A stretch of 64,000 bases of DNA from an uncultured Chloroflexia bacterium (GTDB lineage Bacteria; Chloroflexota; Limnocylindria; Limnocylindrales; CSP1-4), in the NCBI GenBank assembly GCA_963749705.1, contig CAVVNQ010000004.1, positions 224,001 to 288,000 on the forward strand, written 5' to 3'. Below, piece after piece: positions 48,622 through 60,748 of the stretch. Within the stretch, counting starts at the first letter, position 1. Each line of letters starts with the position of its first letter. Both the position numbers and the translations under genes were made by a program. Below the pieces are notes generated by a model. The model did not search any database and was not told where the DNA came from. It saw nothing but the letters and a program-made list of their open reading frames with translations.

Positions 48622-48902
48622 GAGTGCCGTGGGTCATGTGGTGGGGTGCCGCAGCCCCCGGTCGAGGGGCCGGTCGGCCCGGTTCGCGCCGTGCGGATCG
48701 GCCTCCGCTCGGTTCGACGCCGGGCCGGGCGTTCGGCAACGGGCCATCGGCCATCGTCGACGCCAACCGATGCCACTCGCCGGTGACGGGCGGCACATCC
48801 ATGCTGAGGATGGATCGGACGCCCGGAGACACCGGCTCCGACGCAATCGCCCGGGACACGAGGCGCGACGGTCGCCCCCTGGCCCGGTGATCGGAGGCGT
48901 CG

Positions 48903-49361
48903 ATGCACGCGCAGACCGCCGAGGCCGCGACAACCCTCGTGTGGATCGACAGCGAGGAGGCGATCATCGTCCGCTGGGCCGACCGCGCGGCCGTCGAACG
49001 GATCCGCTCCGACGTACCCGGCCGGCATCGGTCGACCCCGCACGTGCGGGTCGATCCGACGACGCGTCACGGCGGCGGTGGCGCGACCGCGGATGCCGCC
49101 GAGCGGGCGCGGCGCAGCCACCTGCGGGCGTACCTGGATGACGTCGCCCGCCATGTCCCGGACACCGACGACGTGACGGTCGTCGGCCCCGGGATCGTGC
49201 GTGAACGGCTGGAGCGCAACCTGCGCGCCGAGGACCGGCTTCACGGGCGTCGGCGGCACGTGCGCTCCTCGGCGGCGGAGCGGCTGACCGAGCAGGAGCT
49301 CGTCGCCCGCGTGCGTGCCCTGGCGGGCGACGCACCGCGCCGCCAGGGGTTGGCGGGGTAG
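48903..49361 (+). CDS. Small eRF1-domain-like ('translational machinery'/host-attachment-like) protein
   Basis: LVWIDSEEAIIV, YLDDVA...VTVVGPG...L and LTEQELVARVR pattern; GGAGG RBS. Confidence 0.55.
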   Translation: MHAQTAEAATTLVWIDSEEAIIVRWADRAAVERIRSDVPGRHRSTPHVRVDPTTRHGGGGATADAAERARRSHLRAYLDDVARHVPDTDDVTVVGPGIVRERLERNLRAEDRLHGRRRHVRSSAAERLTEQELVARVRALAGDAPRRQGLAG

Positions 49362-49490
49362 CCCCGGGACGGCGCGTGGTCGCACGACCGACAGGCAGGG
49401 ATGGTCGGGCGCTCCGGCCCGCCGCGGGCAGTACTTCGGCCCTGCCGAAGCCCGCCGGACGGGGGCATCCTCGAGGTCGGAGGTGCCTGC

Positions 49491-49775
49491 ATGGCCATGT
49501 CCACCCCGCTCGTCGATGCCCCACTTCGGCAGCTCGATCGCGGTGTCCCGGCGTTCCAGCCGGTCGTTGTCTCAACCGAGCGGTGCAAGGGCTGCGGCCT
49601 GTGCGTCGCCGCGTGCCAGCCCCACGTTCTCGAGCTCGATGTCGGCGTCGTCAACGCGATGGGCCACCATCCCGTCCGGCTGACCGACGCCGCGGGATGC
49701 ACCAGCTGCGCCAAGTGCGCGCGGGTGTGTCCTGACGCGGCGCTCACGATCTTCGCCCGACCCAGGGGGGCGTGA
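49491..49775 (+). CDS. 2[4Fe-4S] ferredoxin (delta subunit of 2-oxoacid oxidoreductase)
   Basis: CKGCGLCVAAC and CTSCAKCARVCP motifs. Confidence 0.9.
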   Translation: MAMSTPLVDAPLRQLDRGVPAFQPVVVSTERCKGCGLCVAACQPHVLELDVGVVNAMGHHPVRLTDAAGCTSCAKCARVCPDAALTIFARPRGA

Positions 49776-50931
49776 CGATGACCGCACACACGAAGGTCGC
49801 ACCCAGGGCCGGCAAGCGCCCGCTCGTCGCACCCGGGGCCGGATCCGACCGGCCCGCGGAGGAGCGGGTCCTGATGAAGGGCAACGAGGCGATCGCCGAG
49901 GCCGCGATCGCCGCCGGCTGCGACGCCTACTTCGGCTACCCGATCACGCCCCAGGCCGAGCTGCTCGAATGGATGGCGCGCCGGATGCCCGAGGAGGGCC
50001 GGGTGTTCGTCCAGGCCGAGAGCGAGCTGGCCGCGATCAACATGGCGCTGGGTGCATCGGCCGCGGGCGCCCGCGTGCTGGTATCGAGCTCCAGCCCCGG
50101 GATCAGCCTCATGGCCGAGGCGATGTCGTACATGGCGGGCTCGCGCCTGCCGGTGGTGCTGGTCAACGTCATGCGCGGCGGACCGGGGCTCGGCAGCATC
50201 GGTGCCGCCCAGGGCGACTACCTCCAGGCGACCAAGGGCCACGGCCACGGCGACTACCGGACCCCGGTGCTGGCGCCGTCGTCGATCGCGGAGGCGATCG
50301 AGCTCGTCGGCGACGCGTTCACGCTGGCCGAGCGGTACCGCACCCCGGTCATCCTGCTCGCGGACGGCATCCTGGGCCAGGCCATGGAGCCCGTCGCGCC
50401 GCGGTTCCGGTCGATCGAGCGCACGCCGGCCGACTGGACGCTCGGCGGCGCCGAGGACCGCGCGCCGCGGGTGGTCAGGTCGCTCCACCTGCTGCCCGAG
50501 GATCTCGAGCGGCACAACGACACGCTCCAGGCCGTGTACGCGGACATCACCGAGCACGAGCGGCGATGGGCCGGCGAGGCGCTCGAGGATGCCGAGGTCG
50601 TGCTCGTCGCCTATGGGACGGCGGCGCGCATCGCGCGCACGGCCGTCGAGCGCGCCCGGGACGACGGGCTGCGGGCCGGGCTGTTCCGTCCGATCACGCT
50701 GTGGCCGTTCCCGGCGCCCGAGCTCCGCAGCGCGGCTGCCGGTGCCCGGGCGGTGCTGGCCGTCGAGCTGTCCGCCGGGCAGCTGGTCGAGGACGTCCGG
50801 CTGGCGATCGAAGGTGCCGTGCCCGTGTTCCACCACGGCCGGACGGGCGGCATGGTGCCCAGTCCCGACGAGGTGCTGGCGGCAACACGCCGCGCCTGGT
50901 CGGTGACCCCGATGACGAAGGAAGGTGTGCG

Positions 50932-50935
<4 letters not shown>
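49772..50935 (+). CDS. vorB: 2-oxoacid:ferredoxin oxidoreductase alpha subunit, VorB-type (3-methyl-2-oxobutanoate dehydrogenase)
   Basis: MKGNEAIAEAAI, YFGYPITPQ, QAESELAAINM, SSSPGISL, RGGPGLG and GHGDY motifs. Confidence 0.88.
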
Positions 50936-51806
<871 letters not shown>

Positions 51807-51810
<4 letters not shown>

Positions 51811-52364
51811 CGATGGAACGCTCCACGCTGTTCGCCGGGTTCGGCGGTCAGGGGATCCTGTTCGCCGGCAAGGTGCTCGCCCAGGCGGCCGTGCTCGAGG
51901 GACGCGAGGTCATCTGGATCCCCAGCTACGGCCCCGAGATGCGCGGCGGGACCGCGTCGTGCACGGTCATCGTCGCCGATCGGCCGATCGGGTCTCCCGT
52001 CGTGGATCGTGCCGACCACGCCGTGGTCCTCAATCCCCCGTCGATGGCCAAGTACGAGCCGCTGGTCGCCCGTGGCGGGCTGCTGGTCGTCAACACCACG
52101 CTGATCGAGGCGGAGCCGCGGCGCACGGACATCGAGGCGCTGCAGGTTCCGTGCACCTCGCTCGCCCGTCGCGCCGGCGACGACAAGCTGGTGTCGGTCG
52201 TCGCGCTGGGTGCCCTCATCGGCCGGCGCCCGTTCGTCGAGCGCGAGAGCGTCCACGAGGCGCTCAGCGTGCTGCTCGGGTCGCGCCGCGCGGAGATGGT
52301 GGAGCTCGACGTCGCCGCGTTCGATGCCGGCTACGAGGCGGGTCTGGAGTCGGTCATCGCCTGA
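51807..52364 (+). CDS. 2-oxoacid:ferredoxin oxidoreductase gamma subunit
   Basis: AGFGGQGIL and PSYGPEMRGG motifs. Confidence 0.92.
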
Positions 52365-52515
52365 TCCCGCGCCGCCGCGGGAGGGCACCGGCCGGCCCGA
52401 CCGCACGACCGGTCGGGCGCGGGGACCCACCCGGTCGTGACGATCAGCCCTCGGGCCCGGGCGTCCGGCACTGGATGCTGGTGACAGGTCCGCGACGGCG
52501 GACCGGGAGCTGACG

Positions 52516-55287
52516 TTGACCGTACCCGCTCACGCGCGCCTGCCACCTTCCGCTTCCGCCACGGCGGATCCGGGATCCGGTCCCGTGCCGGCGGCGGCAA
52601 TCGAGGGGCCGTGGCGTCTGCCGGCCGAAACGGTCGCCACCCGCCTGGGCACGGATCCCGGACGCGGGCTCGACCCCGCGGAAGCCGGAAGCCGCCTGGT
52701 CCGTTTCGGCCGCAACGAGCTGCTGGACCGCAGACACACGTCCGTCTGGCAGGTCCTGGCGCGGCAGGTGACGAGCCCGATGATCCTGGTGCTGATCGGA
52801 GCGGCCGCGATCGTCGCGTTCATCGGCGACCTCAAGGACACGGCCGTCATCCTGGCGATCGTCGTGCTCAACGCCCTGATCGGATTTACCCAGGAGTATC
52901 GCGCCGAGCGGGCGATGGCGGCGCTGCGGCGGCTCACCTCCCCTGTCGCCACCGTGATCCGGGGCGGCATGTCGCTCAGCGTTCCGGCCCCGGAGCTCGT
53001 CCCCGGGGACCTGGTCTCGATCGCGGTGGGCGACTTCGTGGCGGCCGACCTCCGACTGGTTTCCGCCAAGGCGCTGCGCATCGACGAATCGACGCTGACC
53101 GGCGAATCGGAGCCGGCCGACAAGTCGACGGATCCCCTGCCCGATGTCACGGCGGCGCTGCTCGGCGACCAGGTCAACATGGCGTTCAGCGGCACGGCCG
53201 TCACCTTCGGGCGCGGCACCGGGATCGTGGTCGGCAGCGGGATGGCGACGGCGATCGGCCGTGTGGCGGATCTGCTGCAGGGGCAGGCGGACCAGCAGAC
53301 CCCGCTCCAGCACCGCCTCGCCCGCCTGGGGGCACAGCTGGCCGGGATCGCGGTCGCCGTGTGTGCGGTGGTGTTCGCGATGGGCATGGCGCGGGGCGAA
53401 GCCGTCGAGACCATGTTCCTCACCGCTGTCAGCCTCGCGGTCGCCGCGATCCCCGAGGGCCTGCCGGCCGTGATCACCATCGCGCTCGCCCTCGGCGCCC
53501 GGCGGATGGCCGCACGACGGGCGCTCGTCCGCCGGCTGCCGGCGGTGGAGACACTGGGGTCCGTCAGCGTGGTCTGCTCGGACAAGACGGGCACGCTCAC
53601 CGAGAATCGGATGCTCGTCGAGCGGGTCTGGACCCCGGCCGCGGAGTACCGGACGACGGGGGACGGCTACGGCCCCGGCGGCACCATCGAACCGGCGCCC
53701 GACGGTGACGAGCGGTTCGACGCCCTGCTGCGGGTCGCGGGCATCTGCAATGACGCTGCACTTGTGCCGCCGGTCGATCCTGGTGGCGCGTGGTCGATCA
53801 CGGGCGACCCGACCGAGGCCGCCCTGCTGGCGCTGGTCGCCCGGCACGGGACAGATCGCGATGCGCTCTGCGAACGCCACCCGCGAAGCGAGGAGCTGAC
53901 CTTTGACGCGAGCCGCCGCCGGATGATGACCCTCCACGCGGATGGTGATGGAATCCTCGTTGCGCTCAAGGGTGCGCCCGAGGCCGTGATCCCGCTGCTG
54001 GCGCCCCAGGAGGCAGGCCACGCGGCGGAGGCCCTCGAGGTTGCCGCGCGCCTCGCTGCCGACGGGTACCGCGTGCTTGCCCTCGCCGATCGACGGCTGG
54101 CGGCGATCCCGGCACCGATCGCGGCAGCCGAGCATGACCTCAGGCTGGTCGGCCTGGTGGCCATGCAGGATCCTCCGCGACGCCAGGTCGCGGCTGCGAT
54201 CAGCGCCTCCCGCGCTGCCGGGATCACTCCCGTGATGATCACCGGGGACCATCCCCTCACCGCGGGCGCGATCGCCGCGCGGATCGGCATCCTGGGCGAC
54301 GGCCGCATTGCCGTGACCGGAGCCGACCTCGAGGCGATGAGCGCGGACGAGCTCGCGCAGTCGATCGACCGGATCGGCGTGTACGCCCGGACCAACCCGG
54401 AGCAGAAGCTCGACATCATCGCGGCCTGGCGCCGCCGCGGCGCGGTCGTCGCGATGACCGGCGATGGCGTGAACGACGCCCCGGCGCTGCAGCTCGCCGA
54501 CATCGGCGTCGCAATGGGGATCACCGGGACCGAGGTCAGCAAGGAAGCGTCGGACATGGTCCTCGCGGACGACGACTTTGCGACCATCGTGGCGGCGGTC
54601 GAGGAGGGCCGGCGGATCTACGACAACATCCGTCGCTTCCTGCGCTACATGCTGACCACGAACTCGGCGGAGATCTGGGTCATGGCAATGGCGCCGGTGC
54701 TCGGGCTGCCGATCCCGCTGCTCGCGGTCCAGATCCTGTGGATCAATCTCGTCACCGACGGTCTGCCCGCGCTCGCCCTGGGCGTCGAGCCGGTGCATGC
54801 CGGGACGATGTCGCGACCACCACGGCGACGCGACGAGTCGATCCTCGGTGGCGGTCTGTGGCAGCAGGCGCTGTGGGTCGGCGCCCTGATGGCGGCGGCG
54901 ACGCTCGTCCTGCAGAGGGTCGCGATCGAGGCGGGCTGGGCGTGGCAGACGATGGTGTTCACGACGCTCGCGCTCCTCCAGCTGGGCAACGCGGTCGCGG
55001 TCCGCTCGACGACGGCCAGCACGCTCAGCCTCGGGATGCGCTCGAACCTCCCGCTCGCCGGAGCCGTCCTGGGCGGCGCGCTGCTCCAGCTGGCACTGGT
55101 CTACGTCACACCGCTCCACGCACTGTTCGAGACTCAGACGCTTGGCCCGCTGGAGCTCGCCGTCGTCCTCGGGGTGTCGACGGTCGGCTTCGTCGCGGTG
55201 GAGCTCGAGAAGCTCGCCCGCCGCCACGGCTGGCTCGCCCGGCGCAGCGAGCGCGCCCAGTGCCGGCCGGGCAGGACGCCCGCGTGA
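52516..55287 (+). CDS. P-type (IIA, Ca2+/CtpF-like) cation-transporting ATPase
   Basis: [35 protein letters not shown] and [10 protein letters not shown] motifs. Confidence 0.95.
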   Translation: MTVPAHARLPPSASATADPGSGPVPAAAIEGPWRLPAETVATRLGTDPGRGLDPAEAGSRLVRFGRNELLDRRHTSVWQVLARQVTSPMILVLIGAAAIVAFIGDLKDTAVILAIVVLNALIGFTQEYRAERAMAALRRLTSPVATVIRGGMSLSVPAPELVPGDLVSIAVGDFVAADLRLVSAKALRIDESTLTGESEPADKSTDPLPDVTAALLGDQVNMAFSGTAVTFGRGTGIVVGSGMATAIGRVADLLQGQADQQTPLQHRLARLGAQLAGIAVAVCAVVFAMGMARGEAVETMFLTAVSLAVAAIPEGLPAVITIALALGARRMAARRALVRRLPAVETLGSVSVVCSDKTGTLTENRMLVERVWTPAAEYRTTGDGYGPGGTIEPAPDGDERFDALLRVAGICNDAALVPPVDPGGAWSITGDPTEAALLALVARHGTDRDALCERHPRSEELTFDASRRRMMTLHADGDGILVALKGAPEAVIPLLAPQEAGHAAEALEVAARLAADGYRVLALADRRLAAIPAPIAAAEHDLRLVGLVAMQDPPRRQVAAAISASRAAGITPVMITGDHPLTAGAIAARIGILGDGRIAVTGADLEAMSADELAQSIDRIGVYARTNPEQKLDIIAAWRRRGAVVAMTGDGVNDAPALQLADIGVAMGITGTEVSKEASDMVLADDDFATIVAAVEEGRRIYDNIRRFLRYMLTTNSAEIWVMAMAPVLGLPIPLLAVQILWINLVTDGLPALALGVEPVHAGTMSRPPRRRDESILGGGLWQQALWVGALMAAATLVLQRVAIEAGWAWQTMVFTTLALLQLGNAVAVRSTTASTLSLGMRSNLPLAGAVLGGALLQLALVYVTPLHALFETQTLGPLELAVVLGVSTVGFVAVELEKLARRHGWLARRSERAQCRPGRTPA

Positions 55288-55310
55288 GCCACGCCGCCGA
55301 GCGTCCGCGC

Positions 55311-55400
55311 TGGCTGCGCGCCGGATGGCGCGACCTACGCCGCCGGATGGCGCGACCTACGCCGCCGAACGCCCGAGTGAGCTACGCGCCGGATGGCGCG
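55311..55400. repeat. Tandem 22-bp duplication resembling the 3' end of the CBS gene
   Basis: gccggatggcgcgacctacgcc at 55320 and 55342; related ctacgcgccggatggcgcg at 55382. Confidence 0.7.
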
Positions 55401-55867
55401 GGACCGACCTCGGGCGCACCGGGCGCGGCCGGCGGAACCTCGGCGTCGTAGACCGCGGACATCGCGCGGACCAGGTCCGTCGTCGAGATCACGCCGATCG
55501 GCAGGCCGTCGTCCCCCGGGGCGACGACGACCAGGCGATGGACGTGGTGCCGCTCCATCTTGCGGGCGGCCAGCACCAACGGGGCATCGCCGTGCACGGT
55601 CAGGGCGGGGCTCGTCATCAGGTGCCGGACCCGCAGGTCGGACCAGTTCGCCCACAGGTACTCGGTGGCGCGGGCGCGCAGCAGGTCGGTCTGGCTGATC
55701 ACCCCGACCAATGTGCTCGCGCCGTCGACGACCGGGAGACCGTGCACATGGCGGCTGTCCATGAGCCGGGCCGCCTCGGCCAGCGGCGCGTCGGCACGCA
55801 CCAGGACCGGGTCGATCGCCATCAGGTCGCCGACCTGGCGCGGCGCATTGGGTGTCACGGCGTTCAC
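55382..55867 (-). CDS. CBS-domain pair protein
   Basis: LPVVD...LVGVISQTDL and LVVV...IGVISTTDL; GGAGG RBS before GTG. Confidence 0.9.
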   Translation of the reverse strand: MNAVTPNAPRQVGDLMAIDPVLVRADAPLAEAARLMDSRHVHGLPVVDGASTLVGVISQTDLLRARATEYLWANWSDLRVRHLMTSPALTVHGDAPLVLAARKMERHHVHRLVVVAPGDDGLPIGVISTTDLVRAMSAVYDAEVPPAAPGAPEVGPAPSGA

Positions 55868-55982
55868 GCTCGCACCTCCGCGGGCGGCTGCCCGCACCCG
55901 GCGGCCCGGCGCATGGCGACGGGACGCCTCGTTTGGGCCGTTTCGGCCACGTGGATCACGGTCATCTCCCCTCCCGTCCGCG

Positions 55983-56501
55983 CTACCCGGATGCGGTCGG
56001 CTTGCCGGGCACCCGTGTCAGCCGGCTCAGCTCCGCGGCGATGGCCGCCTGGAACGCGGGCATGTTGAGACGCACCGAGCGCGACAGCGGCCGGCCATAG
56101 CCGAACCGTCGCCCGCCGATCCCGACGAACGAACCCTCGGGCAAGCCACCCGGCCGGAGGGTCTGCGCGAGACCCAGGACCTGGTCGACCGGCAGCTCGT
56201 GCGACGATCGCGGCGTTGGCGCGTCGGCGTCGCCGACGATCTGGTGGATGGGCAGGGTCACCACGTGGCCGGGGGCGATCCCGACCGCCGCGTCCACGAC
56301 GATCGCGAGCTCGCCGGCCCGGACGTCGATCAGGTCCTCGACCCGCAGGTGGCCGCAGCGGCGCACCTCCAGGCGCTCGAGCATGGCCGTCGGCAGCGAT
56401 GGCAGCAGTGTGGCGATCGCGCTCAGGGCCGCACCGTCGTCACCGCGGTCCGCGTTGCCGCACACGAGCAGTCGAACGGTCGGCGGAGCGAGCTGGGTCA
56501 T
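55983..56501 (-). CDS. Hydrogenase maturation protease
   Basis: CGNADRGDDG, VVDAA and SSH motifs; ATGA-coupled to the large subunit. Confidence 0.9.
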   Translation of the reverse strand: MTQLAPPTVRLLVCGNADRGDDGAALSAIATLLPSLPTAMLERLEVRRCGHLRVEDLIDVRAGELAIVVDAAVGIAPGHVVTLPIHQIVGDADAPTPRSSHELPVDQVLGLAQTLRPGGLPEGSFVGIGGRRFGYGRPLSRSVRLNMPAFQAAIAAELSRLTRVPGKPTASG

Positions 56502-57853
56502 TCGAACCCCTCCCCTGCCCCCGCGTCCGCGATCCGGAGATCGAGGAAGTGGGTGGCGCAGCTGATGCACGGGTCGTAGGCCCGGATCAGCATCTCGAGG
56601 CGATGGGTCGCCTCCGCATGCGGGAGATCGAGGATGCTCGGGGCGAATGCCGCGAGGTCGGCCTCGATGGCCCCCTGGTTCTGGCTGGTCGGCGGGACGA
56701 TCTGGGCGTGCACGACGTGCCCCCGCTCGTCCACCTCGTACCGGTGATGGAGCAGGCCTCGCGGTGCCTCCGTTGACCACGCCGCCACGCCGGCACGGGG
56801 CGTGAACTCGACCTTCGGCCGGCTGGGCGGGCGGTACCCGTCGATCAGGTCGCGGGCCTCGGCGCAGGCGTGGAGCAGCTCGACGGCGCGGGCGACGATC
56901 GAGCGGTGGATGTTGACCCGGATCTCGTCGCGCAACCCGGTCGCCTCGAGGGCCTCGCGGGCCATCGGGTGCAGCGTGTCCGCGGTGAGCGCGATCCGCG
57001 CCGTGGGACCGAGCAGGTACACCCGTCCGTCGCGGGTGCGCGCATGGAGCGCGTTGGTGCCCTCGATGTGGTGCTCCTCGAAGGCCTCGCCCCAGGCGCC
57101 GGGCGCGAGGTCGAGCCCGTCCGTGGACACGATCCGCCCGTCGTTGTAGGGATACTCCGTCGTGTGCCGCATGGCCACCAGCGGCTGCTCGTGGACCAGC
57201 GCCGGGGGGTCCCAGGTCGCGACCAGGCGAACGGTCGCCGCCGCCTGGTCGACCGCGGCGTCGAGCGCCTGCCGCACGGTGTCGAGGTCCGCCCGCCGGG
57301 GCACCCGCGAGAACCCGCCGACACGCACCGAGATCGGGTGGACGGGCCGGCCGCCAAGCGCGGCGATCAGCTGGTTGCCGACCCGCTTGATCGCCAGCCC
57401 CTGCTCGACGACCTCGCGGTGGTCGGCGGCCATCGCGAGCGCGGACGGATAGCCCAGGAAGTCCGGCGCGTGGAGCAGGTAGATGTGGAGCGCGTGGCTC
57501 TGGATCCACTCCCCGCAGTACAGGACCCGGCGGAGGGCTCGAACGGCCGGGTCGATCTCGATCCCGTACAGGTCCTCGAACCCGTGGACCGCGGACATCT
57601 GGTACGCGATGGGGCAGATCCCGCAGATCCGGGCCACGATGTCGATGACCTCGTCGCCGGTGCGGCCCACGACCAGCCGCTCGAAGTACCGCGGCGCCTC
57701 GAAGATCTTCAGTCGCGCCTCGACGACGTCCGTCCCGCGGACCTTGAGGCTGAGGGTGCCCTCGCCCTCGACCCGGGTCAGGTAGCCGACCTTGAACTCG
57801 CGCTCGCCGCCCGGGGCGTCGACGACGAGCGTGCCGCCGTCATCGCCGTGCAT
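56498..57853 (-). CDS. Group 3b [NiFe]-hydrogenase (sulfhydrogenase-type) large/alpha subunit
   Basis: TRVEGEG, L1 RICGIC, EAPRG, PPTSQN, L2 DPCISCATH plus a C-terminal extension. Confidence 0.93.
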   Translation of the reverse strand: MHGDDGGTLVVDAPGGEREFKVGYLTRVEGEGTLSLKVRGTDVVEARLKIFEAPRYFERLVVGRTGDEVIDIVARICGICPIAYQMSAVHGFEDLYGIEIDPAVRALRRVLYCGEWIQSHALHIYLLHAPDFLGYPSALAMAADHREVVEQGLAIKRVGNQLIAALGGRPVHPISVRVGGFSRVPRRADLDTVRQALDAAVDQAAATVRLVATWDPPALVHEQPLVAMRHTTEYPYNDGRIVSTDGLDLAPGAWGEAFEEHHIEGTNALHARTRDGRVYLLGPTARIALTADTLHPMAREALEATGLRDEIRVNIHRSIVARAVELLHACAEARDLIDGYRPPSRPKVEFTPRAGVAAWSTEAPRGLLHHRYEVDERGHVVHAQIVPPTSQNQGAIEADLAAFAPSILDLPHAEATHRLEMLIRAYDPCISCATHFLDLRIADAGAGEGFE

Positions 57854-58709
57854 CGTCGGCTCCTTCCGTCGGTTCGTCCGTGCCGGCGGCGACCGGCGGC
57901 GTCGCGGGCAGGACCCCGGGTGGGCCTCCGTGCTCGTCGATGACCCCGCGGAACGGCGCCGACCAGGCCGTGAACCCGGCAAACAGGCGGCTGACCTCGA
58001 CCCCCTCGCGGCCGTCCGCCGCGAACGTCCGCCCGAGGCTGGCCGGGTTGGCCTGCTCGCGCGGGCCGTAGCAGCCGTAGCAGCCGCGCCCGAACCGCGG
58101 GCACAGCGCGCCGCAGCCGCTTCGGGTGACCGGCCCCAGGCACGGGATTCCCTGCGAGACCATCACGCACACGACGCTCCGGCGCTTGCACGCCAGGCAC
58201 ACCGCCTCGTCGCGGATCTGGGGGCGTCGCCCGACGGCCACCGACACCAGCAGCTCGCGCAGCTGGTCGGCGCTGATCGGGCACCCGTGGAGCTCGGCGT
58301 CGACCTCGACGTGCTCCGAAACGGGGGTGGCCGTGGCCAGCGACTCGATGTACTCCGGGTGCGGGTAGACCGCCGCCCGGATCGCATCGTGGTCCGACCA
58401 GTTGCGCAGGGCCTGGATGCCGCCGTAGCTCGCGCACGCGCCGATGGTCACCAGGCGCTTGGCCTGCTTGCGCAGCTCCACGATCTCGGCCGCCTGGTCG
58501 GGCGTGCTGACCGAGCCCTCGACCAGCAGCACGTCGTACGGGCCGGCCGAGCGGCTGGAGCTCGCCTCCGGGAACTCGACGATCTCGAAGCGCTGCGCCA
58601 GGTCCAGGAGCTCGGTCTCGAGATCGAGCAGCGTGAGCTGGCAGCCGTCGCAGGAGGCCATCTTGACGACGCCCACCCGCAGCCGGGGCTTGGTGGCGGT
58701 CGACGGCAT
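57840..58709 (-). CDS. Group 3b hydrogenase small/delta subunit
   Basis: ASCDGCQL, EGS, GACA, GCP, CLGPVT...GCGALCP...GCYGCYGP motifs. Confidence 0.92.
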   Translation of the reverse strand: MPSTATKPRLRVGVVKMASCDGCQLTLLDLETELLDLAQRFEIVEFPEASSSRSAGPYDVLLVEGSVSTPDQAAEIVELRKQAKRLVTIGACASYGGIQALRNWSDHDAIRAAVYPHPEYIESLATATPVSEHVEVDAELHGCPISADQLRELLVSVAVGRRPQIRDEAVCLACKRRSVVCVMVSQGIPCLGPVTRSGCGALCPRFGRGCYGCYGPREQANPASLGRTFAADGREGVEVSRLFAGFTAWSAPFRGVIDEHGGPPGVLPATPPVAAGTDEPTEGADDARR

Positions 58710-60748
58710 CAGATCCCCTCCCGGCCGAAGATGTCGCCCAGCTCGGACAGGGCGAACACCGGGCCGTCCTTGCATACGAACAGCCGACCCATCTGGCAAT
58801 GGCCGCACAGGCCGATCCCGCATTGCATGTGCCGCTCGAGGGTGACGAAGATCCGGTCCGGGGCGAGCCCGCGGTTCTCCAGCGCGTCGACCGTCGCCTC
58901 CATCATCCGCTCCGGCCCGCACACGAACGCGAGCGAACGACTGCCGTCCCAGGTGGCCCGGTCGAACAGGTGGGTGACGACGCCGACCGGACCCGTCCAC
59001 TCGTCGCCCGCCCGGTCCACCGTGAGCTGGACGTCGATGTCGCCGCGGGCCGCCCAGGCCCGCAGCTCCGCCTGGTACAGGTGATCGGCCGGTGTCCGCG
59101 CCCCGTAGTAGAGACGGATCGCGTCGAACCGGTCGCGCTTGGCCAGCAGCCCGTCGATCAGCGGGCGCAACGGCGCAAGGCCGATGCCGCCGGTCACGAT
59201 CACGACGTCGTGGCCGATCGCGCGCTCGATGGGCCACGAGGAGCCGAGCGGGCCGCGCAGGCCGATCTCATCGCCGGCACCGAGCCCCACGAGCGCAGCC
59301 GTCGCAGGACCCGCCGCCCGGACGGTGAACTCGATCGAATCGCGGCCGAAGCGCGAGATCGAGATCGGCAGCGGCGGGAAGGCCGGGATGTCGATCATCG
59401 CGAACTGGCCGAACTCACCGCCCAGGAACGCGGCGTCGACGTCGCCCACGGTCAGCGTGGTCACATCCGCGGTCTCCGGGTGCACGGCCAGGACCCGCGC
59501 CGTCACGTACGAGCCCGGGGTCGCGGCAACCGGTGCCGGCTTGGCCGGCTCCGGGCGAGCCGCGAGCGGCGGGGCGATCGCGAGCAGCTCCTCGCGCACG
59601 TCGATCCCTACCGGGCACCAGGTGATGCATCGTCCGCAGCCGACGCAGCCGGAGGTGCCGAACTGGTCGATCCAGGTCGCGAACTTGTGGGTCAGCCACT
59701 GGCGGTACCGGTCTCGCGGCCGGCTCCGGAAGTTGCCGCCGGCGACCCGCGCGAAGGCGGCGGTGAAGCACGAGTCCCAGACCCGCTCGGAGGTGGACGT
59801 CTTGCCCTCGAGGTCCGTCTGCTGGATGACGCTGTTGCAGAAGCAGGTGGGGCAGACCATCGTGCAGTTGGCGCACGACAGGCAGCGCTCGGCGATCTGC
59901 GCCCAGCGGGGGCTGTCGAACTGGGCCATCAGGCGGTCATGGAGGCCCGCGGTGGGCACCGGATCGCCCATCCGGGTCGCGACGGCGGCAACCGCGTCGG
60001 TGGCGGTGGTCACCTGGGCCGTGTCCGCGCCGCGAACCGGCAGCCGGGCCAGGATGTCCGCGCCCGCCGGCGTGCCCACCTTGACGACGAACCCGTCATC
60101 CAGCTCGGTGAGCGCGAGGTCGTAGCCGGATCGCACCTCGGGACCCGTGCCCATCGAGGTGCAGAAGCAGGTCGACGACGAGGTCGTGCAGTTGACCGCG
60201 ATCACCAGCACCTGGGCCCGTCGCGCGCGATAGTCCTCGTCGGTGTACGGGCCACCCAGCAGGACGCGGTCGTGGATCCCCATCGCGGCCAGCTCGCACG
60301 CCCTGACGCCCAGGAACGCCAGCCTGGGGGGGTCGACCGGGACGCGCTCGAACGACACGGCCTTGCCCTCGCGGTGGCCGACGTTGAGCGTGACCGGAGA
60401 CGGGAACGTCCAGCGCTTGGGGCTGATCGGGCCGACGGTGTAGCCGAACACCCGCTCGTCGTCTCGATCGACGAGGCGGTAGCTGCCGGGCGCCTGCTCC
60501 GCGCCCATGCCGACCGGCAGGTCGTCGGCGCTCTCGATCTCGGCGTACGTGATCGCTCCGTCGACCAGCGTCGGGCCGACGACCGTCCGGCCGTCCCCGC
60601 GCAGCAGGTCGATCAGGACGCCGAGGTTCGCGCGCGCGAGGAACCAGGCGCCGGCGGTCCGGCCGGCCGCATCGTCGGCGGCCGTGACGGCCGTCGCCAC
60701 ACCCGCGGGTCCGGGGTACGGGAGGTAGGACGGATGGTCACCGTTCAC
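58709..60748 (-). CDS. Fused group 3b hydrogenase beta (4Fe-4S, AsrA-like) and gamma (FAD/NAD(P), 2Fe-2S) subunits
   Basis: CFCTSMG, CLSCANCTMVCPTCFC and GCVGCGRCITWCP, then in the same frame RGPLG, GGIGLAP, CGPE and CGIGLCGHC. Confidence 0.9.
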   Translation of the reverse strand: MNGDHPSYLPYPGPAGVATAVTAADDAAGRTAGAWFLARANLGVLIDLLRGDGRTVVGPTLVDGAITYAEIESADDLPVGMGAEQAPGSYRLVDRDDERVFGYTVGPISPKRWTFPSPVTLNVGHREGKAVSFERVPVDPPRLAFLGVRACELAAMGIHDRVLLGGPYTDEDYRARRAQVLVIAVNCTTSSSTCFCTSMGTGPEVRSGYDLALTELDDGFVVKVGTPAGADILARLPVRGADTAQVTTATDAVAAVATRMGDPVPTAGLHDRLMAQFDSPRWAQIAERCLSCANCTMVCPTCFCNSVIQQTDLEGKTSTSERVWDSCFTAAFARVAGGNFRSRPRDRYRQWLTHKFATWIDQFGTSGCVGCGRCITWCPVGIDVREELLAIAPPLAARPEPAKPAPVAATPGSYVTARVLAVHPETADVTTLTVGDVDAAFLGGEFGQFAMIDIPAFPPLPISISRFGRDSIEFTVRAAGPATAALVGLGAGDEIGLRGPLGSSWPIERAIGHDVVIVTGGIGLAPLRPLIDGLLAKRDRFDAIRLYYGARTPADHLYQAELRAWAARGDIDVQLTVDRAGDEWTGPVGVVTHLFDRATWDGSRSLAFVCGPERMMEATVDALENRGLAPDRIFVTLERHMQCGIGLCGHCQMGRLFVCKDGPVFALSELGDIFGREGI

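Noticed and set aside
55284-55400. Possible CRISPR or mobile-element end
   Set aside because: Short tandem duplication resembling the CBS gene 3' end; no spacers or transposase
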